Virus record (IMG/VR): IMGVR_UViG_3300027777_001718
Span: 1-64,000 of that record
Source: a virus
Reading direction: 5' to 3' (one strand)
Length of the DNA: 64,000 nucleotides
The notes beneath the pieces are model-generated. The model worked only from the letters and a program-made list of their open reading frames with translations. It was not told where the DNA came from and made no database searches. Below are positions 53,060-61,809 of this stretch, one piece after another (position 1 is the stretch's first letter; each line of letters begins with the position of its first letter). The translations under genes were made by a program, and so were the position numbers.

Positions 53060-53323
53060 TTAAACGTCCGTGGTTGTGTCGTGAAAGCTGACAAATTCAC
53101 CGCCGTCTTCACTGAACAAGATTCCGGGTCTTCCGCCGTTTTCAGCGACAGTCTCGTTTGCAATCTTGTCGAGCATTTCGTAGATCCGTTTGCCCTGTGT
53201 TCTGCCAAGCTTCAGCTCTAGCAGCGCGCGGACAGACAAGTACTCTTCAAACCCATGCTCTGTCTCAAAATCCGGGTTATCGTCGTCGATAAATCCACCA
53301 AAATCGAAGTTGTTTGTTGCCAT
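53060..53323 (-). CDS. Small acidic hypothetical protein
   Basis: 87-aa ORF in the operon tiling. Confidence 0.6.
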   Translation of the reverse strand: MATNNFDFGGFIDDDNPDFETEHGFEEYLSVRALLELKLGRTQGKRIYEMLDKIANETVAENGGRPGILFSEDGGEFVSFHDTTTDV

Positions 53324-53326
53324 AAG

Positions 53327-54406
53327 TTAATACATTACAGTGAGGGATACAGCGCAATCGGGCAGCGGGAAAAAGTACACGCCGCGCGCTGAGAAATATC
53401 GGGGGTGGTCCAACCGCATAAGCGTGGTTTCGCCGCGCACAAGCCGCGCAACAACGTATGGGCCAGTTTGGGACGGCAACGCATCAAGAACCACCGTCAT
53501 ATCTGTGCCGGGCACCGCAAAACGCACGGTTGCGCCAAGCGGGCCCGTAGTGTCAGGCGTAATATGGTCTTTATCGCGAGCGTAGTCAAGCACTTGCGCC
53601 AGCGATTTGACGTTTTCTTTGTCCGCACGCAACTTGTGTACAGTTTGCGTATACACACCCAACGCGTTGCCTTGCGTTATTTGCTGCTCTAATTCTTCAG
53701 ATAACACGCCAGCCCATTTCAACTCTTCTGCTACACGCAGCGTATATAGCAAAAGCGCTGGGCACACATTAGCATAATCATCGGCGTCTTCTGTGACTTT
53801 GAGCTTGAACGTCTCGTCGCTCTTGGGAATTGATATGTATTCCCCGGTTTCGAGAATCGTCGACCACGTGCTAATGCCGCTGTCAAAAGCCAATCCGCGA
53901 ATTGCCGGCCCAATCTCGCCAGAAGACAGCGTGCCACGAACCGTCACCAAGCCAGCACCAAAAGTGCTAGCTAGCTTGCTGGAAAACACCGCAGGCTTGA
54001 ACACGCGGCCAAGCATGCGCTCTGTGTAAATCTCGGCGACGGTTACAGCCTGCTTTGGCTGCCGCGCCTCAATCTCTTCAAGAATACTGTCCAGCAGCAC
54101 CTCAGAAGCGTGCGCCGGATCACTCTCAACCAGCTCGGAAAACACCGTCAGGGCTTCTAGCGCAACTTCTGGGTTTTTGTACGCCAAAAGTTTTTTGGTA
54201 AACGAGAAATCAACATTCTGCCATTCAACCTGCATAGCCGACTCAGCTATGTATTCCAACACGCTATACAGCATGTTGTCGCCAAGCTGGCTGAATATCC
54301 GCAGCGTTTCCAGTAGCGCAGCTGTTGCGCGCAGCTTGTCTTTGGTCGTTGTTTGTTTGGGAAACTTAGTTAGTAGTGTTGTAAAATCAACCTTGTTTGA
54401 TGTCAT
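53327..54406 (-). CDS. Hypothetical protein
   Basis: Likely start MTSNKV. Confidence 0.62.
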   Translation of the reverse strand: MTSNKVDFTTLLTKFPKQTTTKDKLRATAALLETLRIFSQLGDNMLYSVLEYIAESAMQVEWQNVDFSFTKKLLAYKNPEVALEALTVFSELVESDPAHASEVLLDSILEEIEARQPKQAVTVAEIYTERMLGRVFKPAVFSSKLASTFGAGLVTVRGTLSSGEIGPAIRGLAFDSGISTWSTILETGEYISIPKSDETFKLKVTEDADDYANVCPALLLYTLRVAEELKWAGVLSEELEQQITQGNALGVYTQTVHKLRADKENVKSLAQVLDYARDKDHITPDTTGPLGATVRFAVPGTDMTVVLDALPSQTGPYVVARLVRGETTLMRLDHPRYFSARGVYFFPLPDCAVSLTVMY

Positions 54407-55619
54407 GAAGCGTTTTTCCGCTAAATACTGCGTCGCAGTGTTCGATAAGTTTGTGTACAGTGCCGCGGTACAATCCGGGCAAAACGTGGTCGATGCGCCC
54501 ACGTAAGCGCGAATCTTCGCACTCAGTGTCTGTCTTTATTTTTGAGCGTGTATCAATTGTGACTATTGTAGTCGTGCGCGGCATATCGTCGATTGACCAC
54601 GCGTAGTAAGCCTGCAACAGCAAATTTGCTGCCCGATGGTGCACGTCGCCGGTGATAATGATCATGCCGCCGGCTTGCATACGCATTTCAAATATTGTGG
54701 CAACGAAGAGAAGAAAGTCCGCATACGTTGCGGCGCCAATAGCTGCACCAACTTCTGCGCCACGGACTTCTGGGCACAAGTGGTTGGGGATCTCACCAAT
54801 CTCAACAAGCGCCATAGCCGGCACGTTAAGCGTATGCGCTTTGTGAAATAAACTGCGCGTGAGATCGCCGTCTTTTGGGTTAAACCCCCAGCGGCCAATA
54901 GCTTCGCCGTAACCAATGCCCTGTTTTGCGGCGAGTTTAGCCACGCGATTCAAATCTGTGTTTTGATCCGCCACGACCAGATCTAATGCCAGTCCAGCGC
55001 CTGTTGTCGCAACTGCTGTGACGTATTGCTTCTCTAGCATTTCGCCAACAAGAATGCCGGCGCCGGCAGTAAAAGCGTCGGGGCCAATGAAAAACAACAC
55101 AGGTTGGTTGTTCATCCGGCACGCGTGCAACGCTGCCGCTACGCCAGCAAAGTTATCCGTAGCAATAGCAAATTCGCTTTTGCTTTTGTTCTTGCGGCGC
55201 TCCAGCGGAATAAACTGCGACACGGCCCACTCCTTTGATATTTGTTGCACTTGCAACGGATCGAACAACAGAAAAGAACTTTGCAGCTTGTCCGGCAAAA
55301 TAAGCGTGCCGGGTTTTTCGTCTGTAGGGTCGCCATAGTCAAGCATGGACCCGTGACCCCACAACAACCACTCAGTGCGTACGGATGATTTGTTTAAAAT
55401 TTCCGCCGCAAACCTGACCGTGACACTCATTTCGCCAGCAAAGATTTGCCGGACACGCTTAGGTTCGACATTGAAATGCTTGCCAAACCGAATAATGTCG
55501 CCAGCGAACAAATGGTCACACACAGCGCGCACTCGGGCGCGCAGCAGGTCATCAGAATAAGTCAGCCAACGCCGTTTGTTTCTACGCCGTTTTTTTGGCT
55601 GCTCTGGAAGCTCTGGCAT
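54387..55619 (-). CDS. XRE-like HTH fused to a degenerate deoxyhypusine-synthase-like domain
   Basis: N-terminal HTH ending VRTEWLLWGHGSM; C-terminal PVLFFIG..VTAVATTGAG..D, GIGYGEAIG, SLFHKAHTLNVP, GAAIG...DF. Confidence 0.55.
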   Translation of the reverse strand: MPELPEQPKKRRRNKRRWLTYSDDLLRARVRAVCDHLFAGDIIRFGKHFNVEPKRVRQIFAGEMSVTVRFAAEILNKSSVRTEWLLWGHGSMLDYGDPTDEKPGTLILPDKLQSSFLLFDPLQVQQISKEWAVSQFIPLERRKNKSKSEFAIATDNFAGVAAALHACRMNNQPVLFFIGPDAFTAGAGILVGEMLEKQYVTAVATTGAGLALDLVVADQNTDLNRVAKLAAKQGIGYGEAIGRWGFNPKDGDLTRSLFHKAHTLNVPAMALVEIGEIPNHLCPEVRGAEVGAAIGAATYADFLLFVATIFEMRMQAGGMIIITGDVHHRAANLLLQAYYAWSIDDMPRTTTIVTIDTRSKIKTDTECEDSRLRGRIDHVLPGLYRGTVHKLIEHCDAVFSGKTLHDIKQG

Positions 55620-56601
55620 CCGCGTCTTTCTGTTTGAAATACGCCCCTAATGACTGCCCAGTTTTACGGCACACGCCTGTTCCAGACAACAATCGCAGAT
55701 CTTGCCGCGCGTGTAAATACGCTGCCGTAAATTCCGCGTATCCTGTCAAAAGTTCGCGCGGATATCTGTGGAACTCTGCCAGCATGAAAAAGAACTCTGA
55801 GCTGGTTTCTGGCTTGGCAAAGTCGTCCGCAAGCCGGCACGATTTCAAATACTGCACTTTTGCGCCCGGTAACCGCACAACCGGCAATTTAATCTTTGGC
55901 GCATGCACAAGAAACTGCCGTGTTTCAATACGCCACCCGGTTTTTTGCGGTATGACAACTGTGCGACACATCGAGCCTTTTGTTGTGCGCTGCAGCTGTT
56001 TAGCACATTTGTTGTACGCGTATTGATGCCGCTGCAACTCGCCACGCAGGATTTTTGTGTAGACAAGTATTTGGCTATCAGAGCATCCAAGCGTTGGATG
56101 AAAATCAGCTGCTGCAATAAACCGAGAAACAACGCGACAAGTCATAACCAGCTTCGTAGTTGGGTCTTGTGCGCCTATCGTACGCAGCGTCTTTTTTACG
56201 TGCCGATATGACCACGCACATATGCGCGCAAAACAAAACGGACAAAATGCGTCACGCCGGCAAGGTCTAAAGACAGTTTCTTTTCGCCAGAAGTAATACA
56301 GATACGTTGGCCGGCAAAAAAAACACCGCCGAAACGTCAGTTCAAATTTGCGTTTGTCAAAATTATCAGTTTTGATATTTAATGCCCACAAATTGCGCCC
56401 GACAAGTTCTTGCAGCCGTTTTGTCCAAAGCCGGCGTATTGCCCGCGACAAAGACCTGACCTTGGTGTCTCGTTTGTCGGCAATTGCGCCTAGCACACAA
56501 TATTGTGCAAACACCTGCGAAGCGCGGCTGCTAATTTTAACAATTTTCCATCTGTGCGGAATATACCGCTGAACACAAGCACCAAGATCAAAAGACACCA
56601 C
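55582..56601 (-). CDS. Basic Cys-rich protein, possibly a degenerate rolling-circle Rep
   Basis: CRRDAFCPFC; LVMTCR; GWRIETRQFLV in the HUH position; EFHRYP; RLLSGTGVCR. Confidence 0.45.
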   Translation of the reverse strand: MVSFDLGACVQRYIPHRWKIVKISSRASQVFAQYCVLGAIADKRDTKVRSLSRAIRRLWTKRLQELVGRNLWALNIKTDNFDKRKFELTFRRCFFCRPTYLYYFWRKETVFRPCRRDAFCPFCFARICAWSYRHVKKTLRTIGAQDPTTKLVMTCRVVSRFIAAADFHPTLGCSDSQILVYTKILRGELQRHQYAYNKCAKQLQRTTKGSMCRTVVIPQKTGWRIETRQFLVHAPKIKLPVVRLPGAKVQYLKSCRLADDFAKPETSSEFFFMLAEFHRYPRELLTGYAEFTAAYLHARQDLRLLSGTGVCRKTGQSLGAYFKQKDADARASRAAKKTA

Positions 56602-56699
56602 AACTACATCCTTGTGGGGGTGTTACAAAATGTCGGCTATTAAGGCCGACAAGCGGATGTTTTGTCACATGCTATTTTTGTTGCAAATTAACAAACGCA

Positions 56700-57032
56700 T
56701 CAAGCCATGAACCCAGACATACGCGGAAGTTCAGGAAGTTCATGCCACAGCCAGCTCGGATCTGGTGTAATAACGTCGTAGCTGCCAATAACGTCGAACA
56801 CGATGCCGGCAGTAGAGTCACGAACGTTGCAAATACGCGCCACGGCAATCCGACCATTTGTAGAACGCGTTACAGCTACAAAACTACCCGGCGTTGGCAA
56901 CATTGCGCAGCAACATGTCCAGCCGAGTCGCGTCGGTTGCGCTACAGGAACGACCGGCGTGGCTGCGGCCGACGTAACGTCAGTTTCAACAGGAGCAGCC
57001 GTATTAGTAGTCGTAGTGCTTTCAGTCGTCAT
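56700..57032 (-). CDS. Hypothetical protein
   Basis: AAAGGA RBS; ends WHELPELP. Confidence 0.58.
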   Translation of the reverse strand: MTTESTTTTNTAAPVETDVTSAAATPVVPVAQPTRLGWTCCCAMLPTPGSFVAVTRSTNGRIAVARICNVRDSTAGIVFDVIGSYDVITPDPSWLWHELPELPRMSGFMA

Positions 57033-57061
57033 AAGTCGAATCCTTTCTGTAGTTATTGAAC

Positions 57062-57394
57062 TTAATCAACATTGTCATTTTGCTTTATTTTGGCAGTATA
57101 AGTTTTAATTGCTGCAACAGCCGCCGCGAGCTGGGGCATACGTTCTTCCTCGGCAAAAACACCGTCGCCAATCGTAGCTGCCTCGTAGACCGTCTCGCCG
57201 CCGCAGCAGGGCACGTCTGCCCGGAACCAGCCGTGACGCAAGCGCAGATACCCGATTTGCTCGCGAGTGGTGTCGTCAAACACTTCATACTGTTCCGGGC
57301 ACGCAGAGCAAGTTAGAACCAGCCGGCAGCCGTCGATAATGATATCTTGGTCAGACGGCTCGTAGAGGTTGAACCGGTCATCGTCAGCGTTCAT
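57062..57394 (-). CDS. Conserved phage hypothetical protein
   Basis: TCSACPEQYEV...GYLRLRHGWF pattern. Confidence 0.65.
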   Translation of the reverse strand: MNADDDRFNLYEPSDQDIIIDGCRLVLTCSACPEQYEVFDDTTREQIGYLRLRHGWFRADVPCCGGETVYEAATIGDGVFAEEERMPQLAAAVAAIKTYTAKIKQNDNVD

Positions 57395-57603
57395 TTCAGT
57401 CGCTCCAGCAGCCCGCGAAGTACCTTAGTTATTTCCCTGCACCGCTCATTGCAACCATCGTCGTATGAATCAGCGGCTTCCTTAATCGCCTCCCGCTCCT
57501 CGTCGGTAAGCGTGGGCTCGCCTGCGGCGATTACGGCCCTTAATCGCCGCACCTCGGCAGCGAGGAGTTCTGGGTCACGGCACTCGTCGGGGTCAATTCT
57601 CAT
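57391..57603 (-). CDS. Small TLTDEE-motif protein
   Basis: TLTDEEREAI...LRGLLERLK; ATGA overlaps. Confidence 0.62.
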   Translation of the reverse strand: MRIDPDECRDPELLAAEVRRLRAVIAAGEPTLTDEEREAIKEAADSYDDGCNERCREITKVLRGLLERLK

Positions 57604-57860
57604 TTGGTTCTTTCCAGTAGCTTGCGGAGGGTGGCAACGTATTCTCCATCGTCAAAGCTGTTTAGCGGCTTTCGCACTTCCTCAAACCACTCAAGCGCCG
57701 CCAGCTCCTCGTCGGTGAGCGTGGCGTCTTGATCCGCGAGACGGCGTATCGCTTCGCGCAGGCTAACTATCTCGTCTGCGCCGTTTCGGATAACAACGGC
57801 GTCTGCGTCAAAATCAGCCAATGCAGCTACCGCGCGCAAGCGGTCAACAATGTCAGTCAT
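57600..57860 (-). CDS. Small TLTDEE-motif protein (paralogue)
   Basis: MTDIVDRLR...TLTDEELAAL...LRKLLERTK. Confidence 0.62.
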   Translation of the reverse strand: MTDIVDRLRAVAALADFDADAVVIRNGADEIVSLREAIRRLADQDATLTDEELAALEWFEEVRKPLNSFDDGEYVATLRKLLERTK

Positions 57861-58246
57861 TCTGGCTCTTTCACAAAAATACCTTCAGGCGTCAGCGTAC
57901 CCTTGCGGTCTTTGATAGTGTCGTAAGCCTTGGCTAGACATTCAGTGATATCAAAGCCGGACAGCGCGCAATAAAGAATCAGCGTTACAAGCACGTCGCC
58001 TACGCCGTCTACGCGGCCAGCGTCGTCGCCCTTGATTGTGGCGTCAGCTAACTCGCCCAGCTCCGACATAGTTTTCATAAGCTGCGACGTTGGATTGCTA
58101 TTGGGAATAATCTGCCGCGCTTCTGCCCAGTCTTCTACAGCCACGACCAGTTCTTCAAACGTTTTAATTACAGGCTCAGCAGCGTAGTCTGGGGGGATCT
58201 CAAATTTTTCCGTAAGCTTGTTGTTCACAAAGCTCAGGATATTCAT
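57857..58246 (-). CDS. MazG-like nucleotide pyrophosphohydrolase
   Basis: QLMKTMSELGELAD...DGVGDVLVTLI...ECLAKAYDTIKDRKG. Confidence 0.88.
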   Translation of the reverse strand: MNILSFVNNKLTEKFEIPPDYAAEPVIKTFEELVVAVEDWAEARQIIPNSNPTSQLMKTMSELGELADATIKGDDAGRVDGVGDVLVTLILYCALSGFDITECLAKAYDTIKDRKGTLTPEGIFVKEPE

Positions 58247-58256
58247 GCACCATTTG

Positions 58257-58754
58257 TTATTCAACACTCGTCGGTCCTTCAACTGAAGTTGGGGGTAAAA
58301 TTTGTTCTTGTGTTTGTTCTTGGAGTTCTTGAGCTGCTAGTGCTTCGGCAATTCGCTCGCGCAATAGCTGCTCGGCTGTTTCTTGGTCGTCAATCTCGAC
58401 GAACGGCAACTGGTCTTGCAAGTGCGCCCACTTTGTTGGGCCCACAGCGCCAACATTGATATCGCCGGGCTCTTGCGTTGAAAACTCGGCAAGCATCGCA
58501 ATAGCGTAAGCGTCGGCTTTGTTTTTGAAAACTAGCGCGCGATTGCTTTTATCAGCAAACAACGCCGTGCCGGTTCTGTTGCAGATAATCCAGCGCACAG
58601 CGGCTTCGCCAGAGTCGATGTAGCCCGGCGCGTAATTTGGCGCTGAGTTGTGCTGCGGCGCGTCCGGCGAACAACACCGTTTAAATTTTTTGTCGCTGCC
58701 ACACGGGCACTTGTCATTCCGCTTCATTAACCCTTCGCGCCGAATCGTACTCAT
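58257..58754 (-). CDS. SEC-C motif-containing protein
   Basis: RNDKCPCGSDKKFKRCC; AAGGAGG RBS. Confidence 0.85.
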   Translation of the reverse strand: MSTIRREGLMKRNDKCPCGSDKKFKRCCSPDAPQHNSAPNYAPGYIDSGEAAVRWIICNRTGTALFADKSNRALVFKNKADAYAIAMLAEFSTQEPGDINVGAVGPTKWAHLQDQLPFVEIDDQETAEQLLRERIAEALAAQELQEQTQEQILPPTSVEGPTSVE

Positions 58755-58826
58755 CGAGCCTCCTTGCAAACACACAAAATAAGCCAGCTGCGTACTGCGC
58801 CGGCGCCAAAAATATCAAAATAGTGG

Positions 58827-59111
58827 TCAGTAAATTGACACCGCGGCTACAGTGCGAACGTACAGCTCTGTTTTGTGCTTAGGCGCGCGCAACAGCTGAG
58901 CATCATGCGCCGGCACATCGCCGTACGCCACGACAGACTCGCCGTGAATCACAACGCGGTCGCCGTAGTGCGTTACGTAACCGCACAGAACGCGTGTCTG
59001 CCGGGTTGTGGCGTCCCGGGCGATGATCTTAGGCTTTCCGGCCTCAAGAGTCACAGGCGGCCTGCCAGAGGCCTTAGAATGCGAAATTTGAACTGCGCCT
59101 GAAGACGCCAT
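58827..59111 (-). CDS. Hypothetical protein
   Basis: GGAGG RBS before MASSG. Confidence 0.55.
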   Translation of the reverse strand: MASSGAVQISHSKASGRPPVTLEAGKPKIIARDATTRQTRVLCGYVTHYGDRVVIHGESVVAYGDVPAHDAQLLRAPKHKTELYVRTVAAVSIY

Positions 59112-59269
59112 GGTTTTCCTCCGTGAAAGCGATGCGCAGCATACTGCATTTTTGGAATTCAGCAAAGCCACCGGCGAACTTTTGAAAAGCTAGGGGGGTA
59201 AATCACAATTTTTTGTGTCACAACTTGTTGGCACAATTAGAGTTAGCGCAAATCAAGCTCAAAATTCTT

Positions 59270-59337
59270 GTCCGCTTTAAACGGACCTAGTGTAGTTCCT
59301 ACGGAACTACGTCGGGGTAGGAATTATTCCTACCCCG
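59270..59337. repeat. Three tandem inverted repeats
   Basis: GTCCG/CGGAC (59270-59286); GTAGTTCC-TAC-GGAACTAC (59292-59310); CGGGGTAGGAAT-T-ATTCCTACCCCG (59313-59337). Confidence 0.85.
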
Positions 59338-59431
59338 GGATACAACCAGAAAAAAGAAAAAACATTGGGGAGTCGGGGGATACTGCATTGCCTAAATAAC
59401 CTATTTTGCGCATGCTAAAAAAGAGCAGAGC

Positions 59432-59459
59432 GTAGGGGCGGGTTTTACCCCGCCCCTAC
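59432..59459 (-). terminator. 11-bp GC hairpin (terminator-like)
   Basis: GTAGGGGCGGG/CCCGCCCCTAC just downstream of the 59476 stop; the U-tract is offset by ~9 nt. Confidence 0.55.
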
Positions 59460-59475
59460 ACGTATGCTTGTGCGA

Positions 59476-59823
59476 TCACGTTGCAGTCGCTGGTTCTTTT
59501 TCTTTAGCTGCAGAATCGGTAGCTACGATCATTTCTTCTAGTTGCCGTTCTGGCAGTAGGTCATACAGGGCTGTTTCCATGTCCAGTATGAGTCGTCCAT
59601 GCAGGCTGTCTGGACCGGTATAGATCATACAGCGCACATGCGGCTCTACAGCTTTGCCTGCAATATGCTCATGCAACATGACAAACGTCACGATGAAAAA
59701 TTTATCTGCCGGCAACGCATCTATGACGTGTTGCGGAATAGTCCTGTTGAAGTGATAGATTCTTTCCGAGATGTCATTGATCTTGATCAGCACTTCTTTG
59801 TCGAGATATTTAAATGTTTTCAC
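59476..59823 (-). CDS. Hypothetical protein
   Basis: GAGGA RBS; GTGA overlap. Confidence 0.6.
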   Translation of the reverse strand: MKTFKYLDKEVLIKINDISERIYHFNRTIPQHVIDALPADKFFIVTFVMLHEHIAGKAVEPHVRCMIYTGPDSLHGRLILDMETALYDLLPERQLEEMIVATDSAAKEKEPATAT

Positions 59824-60188
59824 TGGATATTGTCCTCTGAAAAACTCATGGTTTGTCTATTAAAATCGTAACTAGGTATGGTCCATCGTTGCCGTTTGAG
59901 GCCGGTAAATCTTCCGTTTGTTTCTTGTTCAGACCACCGTGCTTGCACTTCTTTTTTTCGCGCTTCGATTTCTAATATTTCTTCTGGCGTTGGTTCTGCA
60001 CAAACATGCGGTGTATCACGTTTGCGCAACACTTTGGGGTATTTTTTGCGGGGCAATTTGTGGATACGCATAAGTAACCGCAATCTGGTGCGAGTAATAC
60101 GTAACATGCCACAAATAACGTCAATAGTATTGTTACTATTTAACAGTTCTCGCAATTGATCAATGTCGACTGGATTAGGTTTTGTCAC
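59820..60188 (-). CDS. Putative HTH DNA-binding protein
   Basis: TIDVICGMLRITRTRL HTH-like segment; PTPEEI...VQARWS motif. Confidence 0.55.
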   Translation of the reverse strand: MTKPNPVDIDQLRELLNSNNTIDVICGMLRITRTRLRLLMRIHKLPRKKYPKVLRKRDTPHVCAEPTPEEILEIEARKKEVQARWSEQETNGRFTGLKRQRWTIPSYDFNRQTMSFSEDNIQ

Positions 60189-60220
60189 AGATCTCTCCGT
60201 AGATCGTTAGCTACGTTGTG

Positions 60221-60475
60221 TTACTTGTCTTTTACAACCGTCCAACCAATGAATTTGAACACGTGTTTAGTAGCGTTGTAGTCACCTTCGTCGTCGTTAC
60301 CGGGCATAATTAGCACAAGCTGTTTGTTCTTGTGGTCTACCCGAAATATGGTGCCGGACCTTGGAATACCCCAGACACCGCCGTCTTGGATAATTCTCAC
60401 GCAGTTCCGGCACCACTCCAGAATGTGTTCTGGCGGGCGGTCACTATCAGTCGCATCTCTATTGAACGCTACCAT
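60221..60475 (-). CDS. Hypothetical protein
   Basis: DGGVWGIPRSG motif. Confidence 0.6.
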   Translation of the reverse strand: MVAFNRDATDSDRPPEHILEWCRNCVRIIQDGGVWGIPRSGTIFRVDHKNKQLVLIMPGNDDEGDYNATKHVFKFIGWTVVKDK

Positions 60476-60932
60476 TGAGTTTCTCCCGTTCTATCAATGC
60501 CCGGGCGTAGTCCATAGATACCAATTCGTGGCCAACCTGAAACCGGGCTAGCTCAGCAAGCAGCTCGGGATCCCACGGCGCGTGCAACGGCAATGAGTCT
60601 GGCCAGTGCATAGATTCGTTGGCGTACTCTTCACTTGCGCCGGCTTCTTTGTACGCCGCGACATAGGCGTCACGATAGCATTCTTCAGCCTTGTCGTTTT
60701 GCACGTCGACAACGACAGTTTCCCAGCCGTCGTCGTTTTTTTCGTCTTCGCTTATGGCAGCCGCAATACGATACGCGTAATGCGCCCCAACAAGATGACT
60801 AATGATTTCGGTGCAGTCGCTATCCGAAAAGTCACACGAGGCAAAGCTGCGCCGAATCAGGCTGGCAATCGTCTCTTCAGTTACAGGATCACGATCGGCA
60901 ATCAAGAACTCTTCGCGAATGGTTTCCGGCAT
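60459..60932 (-). CDS. Hypothetical acidic protein
   Basis: 157-aa ORF. Confidence 0.6.
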   Translation of the reverse strand: MPETIREEFLIADRDPVTEETIASLIRRSFASCDFSDSDCTEIISHLVGAHYAYRIAAAISEDEKNDDGWETVVVDVQNDKAEECYRDAYVAAYKEAGASEEYANESMHWPDSLPLHAPWDPELLAELARFQVGHELVSMDYARALIEREKLNGSVQ

Positions 60933-60934
60933 GG

Positions 60935-61420
60935 TCAGGTTTTCTGCTTTGTGGGATTAAACCGCTCTACGATCACACGCTGCCACTCTCGGGCTTGTGA
61001 GCCGCGGCCAAGGAAGTCGTGGTAGTTCAGCTTGAGCTGATGCACGATGTCAGCCAGCACGTCGAGGCCGTAGACGCCTTCCATAGACGCTACTGGCTTA
61101 CCGGTTTTGTTATCAAAGATAGTGGCTTTGTAGTCGCTGAAATCGCTTTTGATAACATTGGTGTGCGCCTTGACCATGTCTTTGTGCAGGCCAAGCTTCA
61201 GGAACGCTTCGGGTTTCGTGATCGTGTGGCCGTCGCAGATATCCGCTACGGCAAGAATGACTTTGGCTGGGATATTCTCCCAGCGGGTCATGTCTTTATT
61301 CTTAGCTTTTGGTTTTGGCTTGTTTGTTTTTTCGAATGCCTTGCCCAGATGGGCGCGAGCTGACTTTATTTTGGGCTTTCCCTTTACGACTGCCTTTTTT
61401 GCTGCTTTCTTTTTTGCCAC
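60935..61420 (-). CDS. Hypothetical protein with Lys-rich N-terminus
   Basis: MAKKKAAKK...; GVYGLDVL...GRGSQAR. Confidence 0.6.
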   Translation of the reverse strand: MAKKKAAKKAVVKGKPKIKSARAHLGKAFEKTNKPKPKAKNKDMTRWENIPAKVILAVADICDGHTITKPEAFLKLGLHKDMVKAHTNVIKSDFSDYKATIFDNKTGKPVASMEGVYGLDVLADIVHQLKLNYHDFLGRGSQAREWQRVIVERFNPTKQKT

Positions 61421-61802
61421 GGGTTACTTTCTTTTTTTGCGGGAGGAGAATATCAGTCACAAACCGTCTGCGCCGTTTAAGGTCTTTCGCCTTGCCTACG
61501 TCTTTGAGTGTCTCAGCGTCGACCCAAATCCACGCCTGCACATATGCGCCGTACTCGGGCTCATCTGTTGACACCGCTGCGTTGTCGTCAACTTCGATAT
61601 AGCCTTCTTCGGTGCATTCTTGGGCAGCAGCGACGTAGTTGTCATGGAACTTGGATTGGTGGTCATCAGCAGCAAGGTCTACTTTGACTGCTAACACGCT
61701 GTTCTTTTTGATATCTTGCAGGTCTTCGTAATGAATGGCTACCCAGCAGACGGTGTCAAACGGCCGTATATCTTTATCGAACCGAGCGTTTTTGTTTTTC
61801 AT
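61302..61802 (-). CDS. Hypothetical protein
   Basis: GYIEVDDNAAVS...GAYVQAWIWV motif. Confidence 0.6.
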   Translation of the reverse strand: MKNKNARFDKDIRPFDTVCWVAIHYEDLQDIKKNSVLAVKVDLAADDHQSKFHDNYVAAAQECTEEGYIEVDDNAAVSTDEPEYGAYVQAWIWVDAETLKDVGKAKDLKRRRRFVTDILLPQKKKVTRGKKESSKKGSRKGKAQNKVSSRPSGQGIRKNKQAKTKS

Positions 61803-61809
61803 GTTGGTT

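Noticed and set aside
59432-59459. GTAG-type REP element
   Set aside because: Single copy with no RAYT/TnpA gene; its position after a stop codon fits a terminator
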